64,000 nucleotides of DNA from Minisyncoccota bacterium (GTDB lineage Bacteria; Patescibacteriota; Minisyncoccia; Phycocordibacterales; UBA9973), in assembly GCA_035353995.1 (NCBI GenBank), contig DAOQAL010000002.1:99762-163761 (forward strand). The letters run 5' to 3'. Of this stretch, positions 21,926 to 29,808 are shown piece by piece (the first letter of the stretch is position 1; each line of letters opens with the position of its first letter). A program made the translations under genes and the position numbers. Under the pieces are notes generated by a model. It was not told where the DNA came from. It saw only the letters and a program-made list of their open reading frames with translations, and searched no databases.

Positions 21926-22477
21926 ATGCAATATAATTTTTCAAATTTAAAAAATGATTTAAAAAAAGTGGAAGAATTTTTATCAAAAGAGTACAGTCAA
22001 TTAAGTACAGGTAGGGCTTCTATAATGGTATTAGATTCTGTATCTGTAGAATCATATGGCTCTTTTCAACCTATAAAAAATGTTGCATCAATTTCAGTTG
22101 AAGATCCAAAAACATTACGTATTGCACCTTGGGATAAATCTCAAATAAAAGCAATTGAAAAAGCAATAACAGTAGCTGATTTAGGATTATCTCTCGCTAC
22201 TGATGAAATTGGTATAAGAGTAATATTTCCTCAACTAACTACAGAAACAAGACAAAGAACAGTAAAAGTTCTAAAAGATAAATTAGAAGAATCTAGAATA
22301 TCAGTTAGGAGAGAAAGGGGAGTTGTTTGGGATTCTATTCAAACAGATGAGAAAAATGGGAAAATGACAGAAGATGAAAAAATGAGAGCAAAAGATGAAT
22401 TACAGAAAATAATAGACGAGACAAATAAAAATTTAGAAACAATTTTTGAGAAAAAAGAAAAAGAAGTAATGGGTTAA
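21926..22477 (+). CDS. frr: ribosome recycling factor
   Basis: 183 aa. N-terminal and C-terminal helical regions match RRF (LSTGRASIMVLDSV ... ). Confidence 0.85.
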   Translation: MQYNFSNLKNDLKKVEEFLSKEYSQLSTGRASIMVLDSVSVESYGSFQPIKNVASISVEDPKTLRIAPWDKSQIKAIEKAITVADLGLSLATDEIGIRVIFPQLTTETRQRTVKVLKDKLEESRISVRRERGVVWDSIQTDEKNGKMTEDEKMRAKDELQKIIDETNKNLETIFEKKEKEVMG

Positions 22478-22484
22478 ATAATAA

Positions 22485-23621
22485 ATGAACATATTTATAT
22501 TTATAATAATTTTATTGGTTTTAGTTTTAGTCCATGAATTTGGGCATTTTTTTACTGCAAAAAGTTTTGGAATAAGAGTTGATGAATTTGGTTTTGGTTT
22601 TCCTCCAAAATTATTTAGTTTTAAAAAAGGGGAGACAGAATATTCTATTAATGCTTTGCCGTTTGGAGGTTTTGTAAAAATTTTTGGTGAAAATGTAGAT
22701 GATGCTGATTTAGCAGAAGTTAATGCTTTAGATAAAAAAGATACTTTAGAAAAAAAAGAAATCTCTAGAAGTTTAATAAGTAAACCAAGATATCAACAAG
22801 CATTAGTTATGTTTGCTGGTATTTTTGCAAATTTTGTTCTTGCATGGATTTTATTTTCTTTTGGTTTTATAACTGGTCTTCCAACATCCGTTAGTTCAGA
22901 ATCAAAAGGTTACGCTTTAGAAGATATAAATCTTGTTGTTGTTTCTGTGCAAGAAGGATCGCCTGCTGAAATTTCTGGTTTAATATCTGGAGATAAAATA
23001 ATTTCTGTAAATTCTGGCGAAGATGTTTTGTCTGATATAAATACAGAAAGTTTTAAATCTTTCATTCTAAATCACCCAAATCAAGAAATAGATATTGGCT
23101 ATCTTCGTGGAAAGGATAAAAATATAAACACTACTTCAGTTATACCTAAGACGGAAAATGCTGGTGAAAAGCCCATGATAGGTATTTCTATGGATCAAAT
23201 TGGAAAGGCTAAATTGCCTTTTTTAAAGGCTTTTGGGGAAGGATTAAGACTTGATTGGACTGTCACAAAAGGTACCGTTGTAGGGCTTTATACGCTTATT
23301 GCGGACGGTGTAAGGGGAAAAGGAGACATGTCTAGCGTATCTGGACCAGTTGGTATGGTTGGAATAGTTGGCGATGCCTATAAATTTGGTTTTGCTTACC
23401 TTTTGTCTTTTGCTGCTTTAATATCTGTAAATTTGGCAGTAGTAAACTTTATACCGTTTCCAGCATTAGATGGTGGAAGACTATTGTTTTTGTTAATTGA
23501 AAAAATTAAAGGTTCTCCGATGAATCCCAAAATTGCAAATACTATGAATGCAATTGGTTTTGCAATATTGATAATTCTTATGCTTTTGGTCACTTTTAGT
23601 GACATAACTAAACTATTTTAG
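22485..23621 (+). CDS. rseP: RIP metalloprotease RseP (site-2 protease)
   Basis: HEFGHFF zinc motif in TM1, a central PDZ domain and a C-terminal LDGG motif. Confidence 0.8.
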   Translation: MNIFIFIIILLVLVLVHEFGHFFTAKSFGIRVDEFGFGFPPKLFSFKKGETEYSINALPFGGFVKIFGENVDDADLAEVNALDKKDTLEKKEISRSLISKPRYQQALVMFAGIFANFVLAWILFSFGFITGLPTSVSSESKGYALEDINLVVVSVQEGSPAEISGLISGDKIISVNSGEDVLSDINTESFKSFILNHPNQEIDIGYLRGKDKNINTTSVIPKTENAGEKPMIGISMDQIGKAKLPFLKAFGEGLRLDWTVTKGTVVGLYTLIADGVRGKGDMSSVSGPVGMVGIVGDAYKFGFAYLLSFAALISVNLAVVNFIPFPALDGGRLLFLLIEKIKGSPMNPKIANTMNAIGFAILIILMLLVTFSDITKLF

Positions 23622-23662
23622 GTGAATTTCTAAGTTTTTTTAATTTCTGTTATACTCTAAAT

Positions 23663-24628
23663 ATGATTAAGAAAAAATTAAAAATCGGGATACTTTTGGG
23701 TGGCCGATCCGCAGAGCATGAAGTATCTATTATTTCTGCTAAGAACGTTATTAAAGCACTCGATAAAGATAAATATAAAATATTTCCTATAAAAATAAAT
23801 AAAGACGGAAAATTTAATTTTGAAAAATTAAAAGGTTTAGACGTTATCTTTCCAGTTCTTCATGGGCCATTTGGCGAAGATGGAAGCATGCAAGGATTTT
23901 TAAAAATTTTGAATTTGCCTTTTGTTGGTCCTAGTGTATTAGGTTCTGCAGTTGGTATGGATAAAGATGTTATGAAGAGACTTTTTAGAGATGCTGGAAT
24001 CCCTATTGGAAAATTTGTTACGGCTAGAATTCAAGATCAAATTTCTTTTAAAGATGTTTCAAAAAAATTAGGATTGCCTATGTTTATAAAGCCGGCTAAT
24101 CTTGGTTCTTCTGTTGGAATACATAAAATAAAAAATGAAAAAGAATTTATTGCAGGATTAAAAGACGCATTTTGTTATGATACAAAAATTGTTATTGAAG
24201 AAAATATTGATGGTAGGGAAATAGAATGTTCTGTTCTTGGTAATGAAAATCCTATAGCATCAACGCCAGGAGAAATAATTTCCAATGCAGATTTTTATTC
24301 TTATGATTCAAAATATATAGACAATAAATCTATTTGTAAAATTCCAGCAGATTTACCCAAAGACGTTATTAAAAGAGTTAAGGATTTAGCTATAGAAGTT
24401 TTTAAAGTTTTAAATTGTGAGGGCATGGGACGTGTTGATGTTTTTGTTAAGAAAAATGGCGAAGTTATTGTAAATGAAATAAATACTCTTCCCGGTTTTA
24501 CATCTATAAGCATGTATCCAAAAATGTGGGAGTCTGACGGGTTACCCATTACAAAACTTTTAGACAAATTGATCGATCTTGGTATGGAAAGATTTGAAAG
24601 AGAAAAAAAATTAAAATCAGTAAAATAA
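23663..24628 (+). CDS. ddl: D-alanine--D-alanine ligase
   Basis: KIGILLGGRSAEHEVS N-terminus and an ATP-grasp C-terminal half. Length 321 aa. Confidence 0.85.
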   Translation: MIKKKLKIGILLGGRSAEHEVSIISAKNVIKALDKDKYKIFPIKINKDGKFNFEKLKGLDVIFPVLHGPFGEDGSMQGFLKILNLPFVGPSVLGSAVGMDKDVMKRLFRDAGIPIGKFVTARIQDQISFKDVSKKLGLPMFIKPANLGSSVGIHKIKNEKEFIAGLKDAFCYDTKIVIEENIDGREIECSVLGNENPIASTPGEIISNADFYSYDSKYIDNKSICKIPADLPKDVIKRVKDLAIEVFKVLNCEGMGRVDVFVKKNGEVIVNEINTLPGFTSISMYPKMWESDGLPITKLLDKLIDLGMERFEREKKLKSVK

Positions 24629-24636
24629 TAAAAATT

Positions 24637-25776
24637 ATGACTAAAAAAAATGAACCTATTTCTTATATAGAGCTATCAAAAAGTAATTTAATTCATAATT
24701 TTAAAGAATTAAAAAAAATTACAAAAAAGGGTGTAGAAATTGCAGCAGTTATAAAAGGTAATGCTTATGGTCATGGGCAAAATGAAATTGCAAAAATTCT
24801 TGATCCATTTGTTGATTATTTTCAAGTAAATAGCCTATTAGAACTTGAACTTTTGCGAAAAGTTACGAAAAAGAAAATATTTTTATTGGGTTATGTTCAA
24901 AAAGAAGATTTAAAAAAAGCCATAAAACTTGGTTGTATTTTGTCTATTTTTTCTTTAGAACAATTAAAAGATGTTGAAAAAGTTTCAGGTTTATTAAAAG
25001 TTAAACAAGAAATTCATATTCCTATAGATGCTTATCTTGGAAGAGAAGGTTTTTTGGAAAGTGAATGGAAAAATTCTTTTGAAGAAGTAAAAAAATGTAA
25101 AAATGTAAAGCTTGGTGGAATTTATGCTCATTTTGCAAACATTGAAGATACCAATAATTTTACTCATGCAAGAAAACAAATAAATAAATATAAACATGCA
25201 TTAGATATTGCTGGCAATCTTGGTTTTGAAAAAATTAAAACACATATATCAGCAACTTCAGGTCTTTTGGTTTATGAAAAAGATAAAGGTCCAAATTCCG
25301 TAATTCGTTTAGGTATAGGAATTTATGGTATGTGGCCTTCAGAACATATAAAATATTTATATAAAAATAAATTTGAGCTTAAACCAGTAATGGAGTGGAA
25401 AACAAAAATAGCACAAATTAAAACTTTGCCTGCCGGACATACAGTTGGTTATGGGCTTACTTACATGACATATAATCCTACAAAAATAGCTGTCATACCT
25501 ATTGGATATTCTGATGGCTTTGATAGAGGACTTTCAAATAAAGGAGAAGTTTTAATTCATGGAACTAGATGCAAAATTCTCGGCAGAGTAGCAATGAATA
25601 TGTTTGTTGTTGATGTCACACATTTAGTAGATGTTAAAGCGGAAGATGAAGTCATTCTTATTGGAAAGCAAGGAAAAGAACAAATAACAGCAGAAGAAAT
25701 TGCTGATAAATTGGAAACTATAAATTACGAAGTAACTACACGTATTAATTCATTACTTCCAAGAGTAATCATTTAA
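24637..25776 (+). CDS. alr: alanine racemase
   Basis: PLP-binding AVIKGNAYGHG motif. Length 379 aa. Confidence 0.85.
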   Translation: MTKKNEPISYIELSKSNLIHNFKELKKITKKGVEIAAVIKGNAYGHGQNEIAKILDPFVDYFQVNSLLELELLRKVTKKKIFLLGYVQKEDLKKAIKLGCILSIFSLEQLKDVEKVSGLLKVKQEIHIPIDAYLGREGFLESEWKNSFEEVKKCKNVKLGGIYAHFANIEDTNNFTHARKQINKYKHALDIAGNLGFEKIKTHISATSGLLVYEKDKGPNSVIRLGIGIYGMWPSEHIKYLYKNKFELKPVMEWKTKIAQIKTLPAGHTVGYGLTYMTYNPTKIAVIPIGYSDGFDRGLSNKGEVLIHGTRCKILGRVAMNMFVVDVTHLVDVKAEDEVILIGKQGKEQITAEEIADKLETINYEVTTRINSLLPRVII

Positions 25777-25814
25777 AGGTTGCTTTTTAAGGTTTTTTGT
25801 ATTAATATATAAAT

Positions 25815-25973
25815 ATGTCACAAGATAGACTTATAAAACTTGCTTGCGGGACTTGTAAAAGAATTAATTATTGGTCAAGTAAAAATAAAAAGCTTGTAAC
25901 CAAGAAAATTGAACTTAAAAAGTATTGCAAATGGTGCAAAAAGCAAACTAAGCACAAGGAAATCAAAAAATAG
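25815..25973 (+). CDS. rpmG: 50S ribosomal protein L33 (52 aa; below the ORF-track length cutoff)
   Basis: Hand-translated as MSQDRLIKLACGTCKRINYWSSKNKKLVTKKIELKKYCKWCKKQTKHKEIKK. Two CxxC pairs and the overall pattern match L33. Confidence 0.8.
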   Translation: MSQDRLIKLACGTCKRINYWSSKNKKLVTKKIELKKYCKWCKKQTKHKEIKK

Positions 25974-26144
25974 TTTTTATTATTTTTTTTGATATGTTAC
26001 AATAGCTCTTGCAGTAAATGTTTACTGCTTGTTCTTTATACTTTAGGAGTTCGTCCTTAAGAACGAATTCCAAGAGATATGGAACTTTTTTAATTTTCCT
26101 TATCTCTATCCAGCTCTATCTTTTTACTAAGATAGGGTTTGGAT

Positions 26145-26215
26145 GGGCGATTAGTTAAGTGGTATAACTACGGTCTCCAAAACCGTTGTCGGGAGTTCGA
26201 TTCTCTCATCGCCCG
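26145..26215 (+). tRNA. tRNA-Trp (anticodon CCA)
   Basis: Cloverleaf folded by hand. Acceptor GGGCGAT/ATCGCCC, anticodon stem ACGGT/ACCGT with loop CTCCAAA, and T-arm GGGAG-TTCGATT-CTCTC. The 3' CCA is not encoded. Confidence 0.85.
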
Positions 26216-26251
26216 CTACAACAAGCACAGGACAGCTTAATGCTGTCCGAA
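26211..26251. repeat. direct repeat copy 1 (tRNA-Trp 3' end plus downstream GGACAG-loop-CTGTCC hairpin)
   Basis: GCCCGCTACAACAAGCACAGGACAGCTTAATGCTGTCCGA recurs at 27291-27335 with 2 mismatches. Att-like. Confidence 0.55.
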
Positions 26252-26263
26252 AGCGTACTCGCG

Positions 26264-26358
26264 TTTCTCTCATCGCCCGCCTTCGCTCGCAGTAGCGAGC
26301 TACGGCGGGTAAAACCCGTTAGTAGTTCCGCGAAGGCGAGAAGGTATCATGTATTAAC
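26264..26358. other. partial duplicate of tRNA-Trp T-arm/acceptor (TCTCTCATCGCCCGCC) followed by GC-rich nested hairpins
   Basis: Sixteen nt identical to tRNA positions 26203-26218, then CCCGCC...GGCGGG enclosing GCTCGC-AGTA-GCGAGC, then CCTTCGC...GCGAAGG. G+C is far above the local background. Confidence 0.5.
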
Positions 26359-26430
26359 GACCCCATAGGTCTTGCCTCTGGGGTACTCTGGGGTAACTCT
26401 CGACCCCATAGGTCTTGCCTCTGGGGTACA
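26359..26430. repeat. island palindrome family, copies 1-2 (tandem)
   Basis: (C)GACCCCATAGGTCTTGCCTCTGGGGTA repeated twice back to back. Copy 1 carries an internal CTCTGGGGTA duplication. Confidence 0.7.
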
Positions 26431-26566
26431 GAAGGCCCGCTACACCTTGATTTATTTTCTAACTATGTTATTATGCAGATAATGATAGTTTTTTGACATT
26501 CGGTTTTATTGGTTTCCAAACGAGATAAATAATTGTCTTTTGTGGAAACCTTTAAAACCATAAAAA

Positions 26567-27160
26567 ATGAAAAGAATATTTTCAACATTAAGTCCAAAAT
26601 ATGTTTTGGTCTCTTTCTCCAAAGACGGAAAAAGAAAAAGAATAATTCTAAAAGAATTTGGAGTCTGTAGTATTGGCACATATGAAAACATAAAAGCCAT
26701 AGAAAGTGCCCTTACGGATTCCGGTGTTTATCTGACTGACTTGGTCAAGAAAACTATTTCTAGCACAGCTTTTAAATTTACAAGACAAAAAAAAGTTCAA
26801 CTATTCATTCAGATTTCAGCCTCTGATCTTGGCTTCAAAAATGGTGGTAGGTATAAGGATATTATTAACAGCATATTAGGTGCTGTGGTGATATTACGAG
26901 GGAGAAAATACATAGTAGAGTTTTGTCTTCCCGAAGTTGCCTTGTATTTACGTCTACAGTATAAAAATCAACCAGTAGAACCAATTGAAGTTGAAGAGCG
27001 AGTTGATGTTGTTATGGAGCCGATAAAAGGAGAAAGGAATGATTATGTTTTACGCCTAGTGCACGATACAGAAGGAATAGCTTTAGCAGGACATCCTGCT
27101 CATGAAAATTGTCCAAGATATTCCGGTGATAAATTTATTTTTTCTCTGCGTGCCAAGTAA
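26567..27160 (+). CDS. hypothetical protein (sole gene in the direct-repeat-bounded 1.08 kb unit)
   Basis: 197 aa ORF with no recognised motif. G+C is higher than host genes. Confidence 0.4.
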   Translation: MKRIFSTLSPKYVLVSFSKDGKRKRIILKEFGVCSIGTYENIKAIESALTDSGVYLTDLVKKTISSTAFKFTRQKKVQLFIQISASDLGFKNGGRYKDIINSILGAVVILRGRKYIVEFCLPEVALYLRLQYKNQPVEPIEVEERVDVVMEPIKGERNDYVLRLVHDTEGIALAGHPAHENCPRYSGDKFIFSLRAK

Positions 27161-27174
27161 TGGCTAGGTTCTAA

Positions 27175-27210
27175 GGGGTTGTTATTTTTTTACGATGACA
27201 ACCCTTTTTT
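27175..27210 (+). terminator. intrinsic terminator
   Basis: GGGTTGT ... ACAACCC stem followed by a T6 run, directly after the 26567 ORF stop. Confidence 0.5.
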
Positions 27211-27290
27211 ATTTCCCCAAACCAATAAATTCCCCAATACTAACCATAACTAAAGGATAGTATTTCAAAAGTTCTGAAATTCCTATACTA

Positions 27291-27335
27291 AGCCCGCTAC
27301 AACAAGCACAGGACAGATTAATGCTGTCCGATAAG
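27291..27335. repeat. direct repeat copy 2 (att-like)
   Basis: AGCCCGCTACAACAAGCACAGGACAGATTAATGCTGTCCGATAAG. Compare with 26211-26251. Confidence 0.55.
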
Positions 27336-27364
27336 TAGTTTTTAATTATGATATAATTTAATTT

Positions 27365-27982
27365 ATGAAACTTATAATTTTTGATTGGTCTGGAGTAATA
27401 AAAGATGGATTGGAGAGCAACTTGTGGATTTGTAATAAAATATTTGAAAAATTCGGAGTACCAACTATTTCACTTGAGGAATTTAAAGAAAATTATGAAC
27501 TTCCTTACATGAATTTTTTTAAGAAATATATTCCTAGTCTAACTCTTGAAGAAGAACGAATTATATATAAAAAATATATATTTGATATAAATTGTCCAAA
27601 ATCTAAATCGTGCTTAGGTATTATTGAATTAATTAAGAAACTAAAAGAAAATAATTATCACTTAGCAGTGGTAAGCTCTGATTTTCCAGGAACAATTTTT
27701 GCAGAAATAAAAGAGTATGGGTTGGAAAATATTTTTGATGATGTAATTACAGGTATATATAATAAACTCGAAGGTGTTAATAATGTTATAAAAAAAAGAA
27801 ATTTTGATTTAAGTAATACTTTTTTTGTTGGTGATACTAATCATGAAATAGAAGTGGCAAGACAGGCAGGTATAAAAAGCATAGCAGTAACTTGGGGGTT
27901 TTGTTCTGAGCAAAAACTTAAATTAGAAAATCCAGATTATCTTGTGCATAATTCAAATGAATTAGAAAAGATTCTTTTGTAA
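27365..27982 (+). CDS. HAD-superfamily hydrolase-like protein
   Basis: N-terminal IIFDWSGVI (motif I with DWSG rather than DxDG) and GDTNHEIEVARQAG (motif IV-like). Length 205 aa. Confidence 0.45.
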   Translation: MKLIIFDWSGVIKDGLESNLWICNKIFEKFGVPTISLEEFKENYELPYMNFFKKYIPSLTLEEERIIYKKYIFDINCPKSKSCLGIIELIKKLKENNYHLAVVSSDFPGTIFAEIKEYGLENIFDDVITGIYNKLEGVNNVIKKRNFDLSNTFFVGDTNHEIEVARQAGIKSIAVTWGFCSEQKLKLENPDYLVHNSNELEKILL

Positions 27983-28053
27983 ATCTTGTGTACATTGTGC
28001 ACTTTATAGATAAATTAAATCTACAATACTTATCCCCAAAAAAACAAAAATAA

Positions 28054-28080
28054 GCCCCCGCAAAAAAATTTTGCGGAGGC
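28054..28080. terminator. bidirectional terminator hairpin
   Basis: GCCCCCGCAAAA-AAA-TTTTGCGGAGGC, a 12-bp stem with one mismatch, flanked by A/T runs. It lies between convergent genes. Confidence 0.5.
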
Positions 28081-28142
28081 TTAAGTGTTTAAGAGTTAAA
28101 ATAATCTGGGAGATTATTTTAAGGTCCTCAAGTAATCAAGTA

Positions 28143-28943
28143 TCACTTCCTAGCGACCGACAAACCGAGATCGCTACTGCGGTGACTATCCCAGTAGCCG
28201 CCGACGTTCAGACCCCCGCCGTCAAAGAAGCCGACGTTGACGTGATCGCCGCCCGAGTCGAGGCTTGATGTGCGGACATAAATTCCGCCAAACAAGTAAA
28301 CGTCTCTGACTGCTTTGTAGGTTGTGATTGCCCAGGTGAATTCAGCAGAATTCGGTACAGTTTCAACATCGGAAATCAGGGTTTGCTGTTCTTCCCAGTT
28401 TTTAGAAGTTGATTCGGGGACAGGGTTCTTGCGAATCATGTACCATTTTGTTTCAACTTTGTCTTTCTGTGAAAAATTCTGATCAGCATACCATCCACCA
28501 TCTTTTGAGTAGAAGTAACCATTTTTCATGGTACGAATCTCAAGAAGAGACATTGGACGGTTGGGACCAGCGACAAGCATGTAACTGTTGTCACGGCACC
28601 ATTCCAGAATTTCTTGTGCAGGAACTGTTTCGCCGAACTTGGCAAGCTGTTCTTCGGTGTAAGTAACTCCTTTACGTGATTTCATCACGTCTTCAGGAGA
28701 AATGAAATCCTTACCGAGAATTGTGCGAACCAGTTCATAATCTGGAGCTTTCATGGAGAAACGCTTGATACCTGTAAGCAGGTAAGCAGCGAATCCAGGA
28801 TTCTCATTCAGAACCTGTGCACTTTCTTCTGTCAGTCCAGCCTTATTGTATTGGGCACGAAACGATTCGGTAGCTCTCTGTCCTTTCGGACTGTCTGCGG
28901 TTACCAGTGCAGACGTGTTCAATGACTTTTTCATCGACATCAT
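28143..28943 (-). CDS. hypothetical protein, compositionally foreign (~50% G+C)
   Basis: 266 aa ORF. The DNA is conspicuously GC-rich (e.g. 28150-28280) against an AT-rich genome. It has a Gly-rich C-terminus and no recognised domain. Confidence 0.45.
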   Translation of the reverse strand: MMSMKKSLNTSALVTADSPKGQRATESFRAQYNKAGLTEESAQVLNENPGFAAYLLTGIKRFSMKAPDYELVRTILGKDFISPEDVMKSRKGVTYTEEQLAKFGETVPAQEILEWCRDNSYMLVAGPNRPMSLLEIRTMKNGYFYSKDGGWYADQNFSQKDKVETKWYMIRKNPVPESTSKNWEEQQTLISDVETVPNSAEFTWAITTYKAVRDVYLFGGIYVRTSSLDSGGDHVNVGFFDGGGLNVGGYWDSHRSSDLGLSVARK

Positions 28944-28990
28944 CCTTTATTGGTTTTACCGAAATCGCTCGGCAACGGCTTTTCTCGTTA

Positions 28991-29043
28991 ATGAGATGAG
29001 CTTTTTAAGTCCTATAATATAAGGCATAAAAAGCTCATCTCAT
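28991..29043. promoter_or_regulatory. perfect 17-bp inverted repeat (ATGAGATGAGCTTTTTA / TAAAAAGCTCATCTCAT) enclosing a TATAAT box
   Basis: Seen directly, immediately upstream of the 28143..28943(-) gene. Candidate operator or hairpin. Confidence 0.4.
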
Positions 29044-29116
29044 GGAAGTGATATTTTAAAAGAACTCTTTCTATTATATCATATATAATGCTTTTGTCAA
29101 TAAACTATTTTGCATT

Positions 29117-29159
29117 ACCCCATAGGTCACCCCATAGGTCTTGCCTCTGGGGTAACTCT
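29117..29159. repeat. island palindrome family, copy 3 (with a 12-nt partial duplicate in front)
   Basis: ACCCCATAGGTC + ACCCCATAGGTCTTGCCTCTGGGGTAACTCT. Confidence 0.7.
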
Positions 29160-29303
29160 TTACTTTTAATAACATTCGTGGTATTGTACCATTACAATGG
29201 TTCTTTGAAATTGAACATGATTATTACTTGTTTGGATTACCTTGCACTTCCTTTGGGAGTTTGAAGTAATCCAAATGAGTATAAACAATTAAAGACAATA
29301 GTT

Positions 29304-29633
29304 ATGGAAAAATTAAAAAAATACCGACTAGGTAATCAGCCTACTGAGTATGAACTTGTTACAGAATATTTAGGGTGGCTTCCTGAAGACGCATCAAGTT
29401 GGTGGGACGTGTTCCAAATAATGGTTTCTTCTTCTGAAATTACAGGTAAAGAAATAACCATTACTAATCCTGAAAAAAATAAAAAAATTACAATTATTAT
29501 TGACCATAGAATTGTAAAAGATGCATTTCCCATGTCTTTTTTCGTGGAGGAGAGAGCAAAAAATTGGTATGATTTTTGTATTGTATCAAGTAAGGATAAA
29601 CCATCTGAAAAATTTATTATTCCACTTCACTAA
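29304..29633 (+). CDS. hypothetical protein
   Basis: 109 aa ORF with no recognised motif. It is preceded by a 10-bp inverted repeat (TTTGGATTAC ... GTAATCCAAA, 29231-29274). Confidence 0.35.
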   Translation: MEKLKKYRLGNQPTEYELVTEYLGWLPEDASSWWDVFQIMVSSSEITGKEITITNPEKNKKITIIIDHRIVKDAFPMSFFVEERAKNWYDFCIVSSKDKPSEKFIIPLH

Positions 29634-29688
29634 GTAGGGGGTATCCGAGCTTGAAGAGCTGGCATTTTTGTGTCAGCTTTTTTTATTT

Positions 29689-29720
29689 CTACATAGGTCT
29701 TGCCTCTGGGGTAACGGAGT
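29689..29720. repeat. island palindrome family, copy 4 (5' arm degenerate)
   Basis: CTACATAGGTCTTGCCTCTGGGGTAACGGAG. Confidence 0.6.
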
Positions 29721-29808
29721 ATTTTTCCATACTTGACTTTATCAATTTAAAGATGTATTATTAAACTGATATTTTATATAGTTCTTAACATTTAAAAAGG
29801 AGGTTTAA

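Noticed and set aside
26264-26358. tmRNA (ssrA) as an explanation for the tRNA-like fragment plus structured RNA.
   Set aside because: There is no second tRNA-like half with an alanine-charging acceptor, and no tag-peptide ORF ending in a stop within a pseudoknot region. The fragment is an exact copy of the tRNA-Trp 3' end, which fits an att duplication better.
26186-26368. 60-aa ORF overlapping tRNA-Trp and the GC-rich structured element.
   Set aside because: It starts inside the tRNA and runs through hairpin repeats. The reading frame is an artefact of GC-rich structured DNA.
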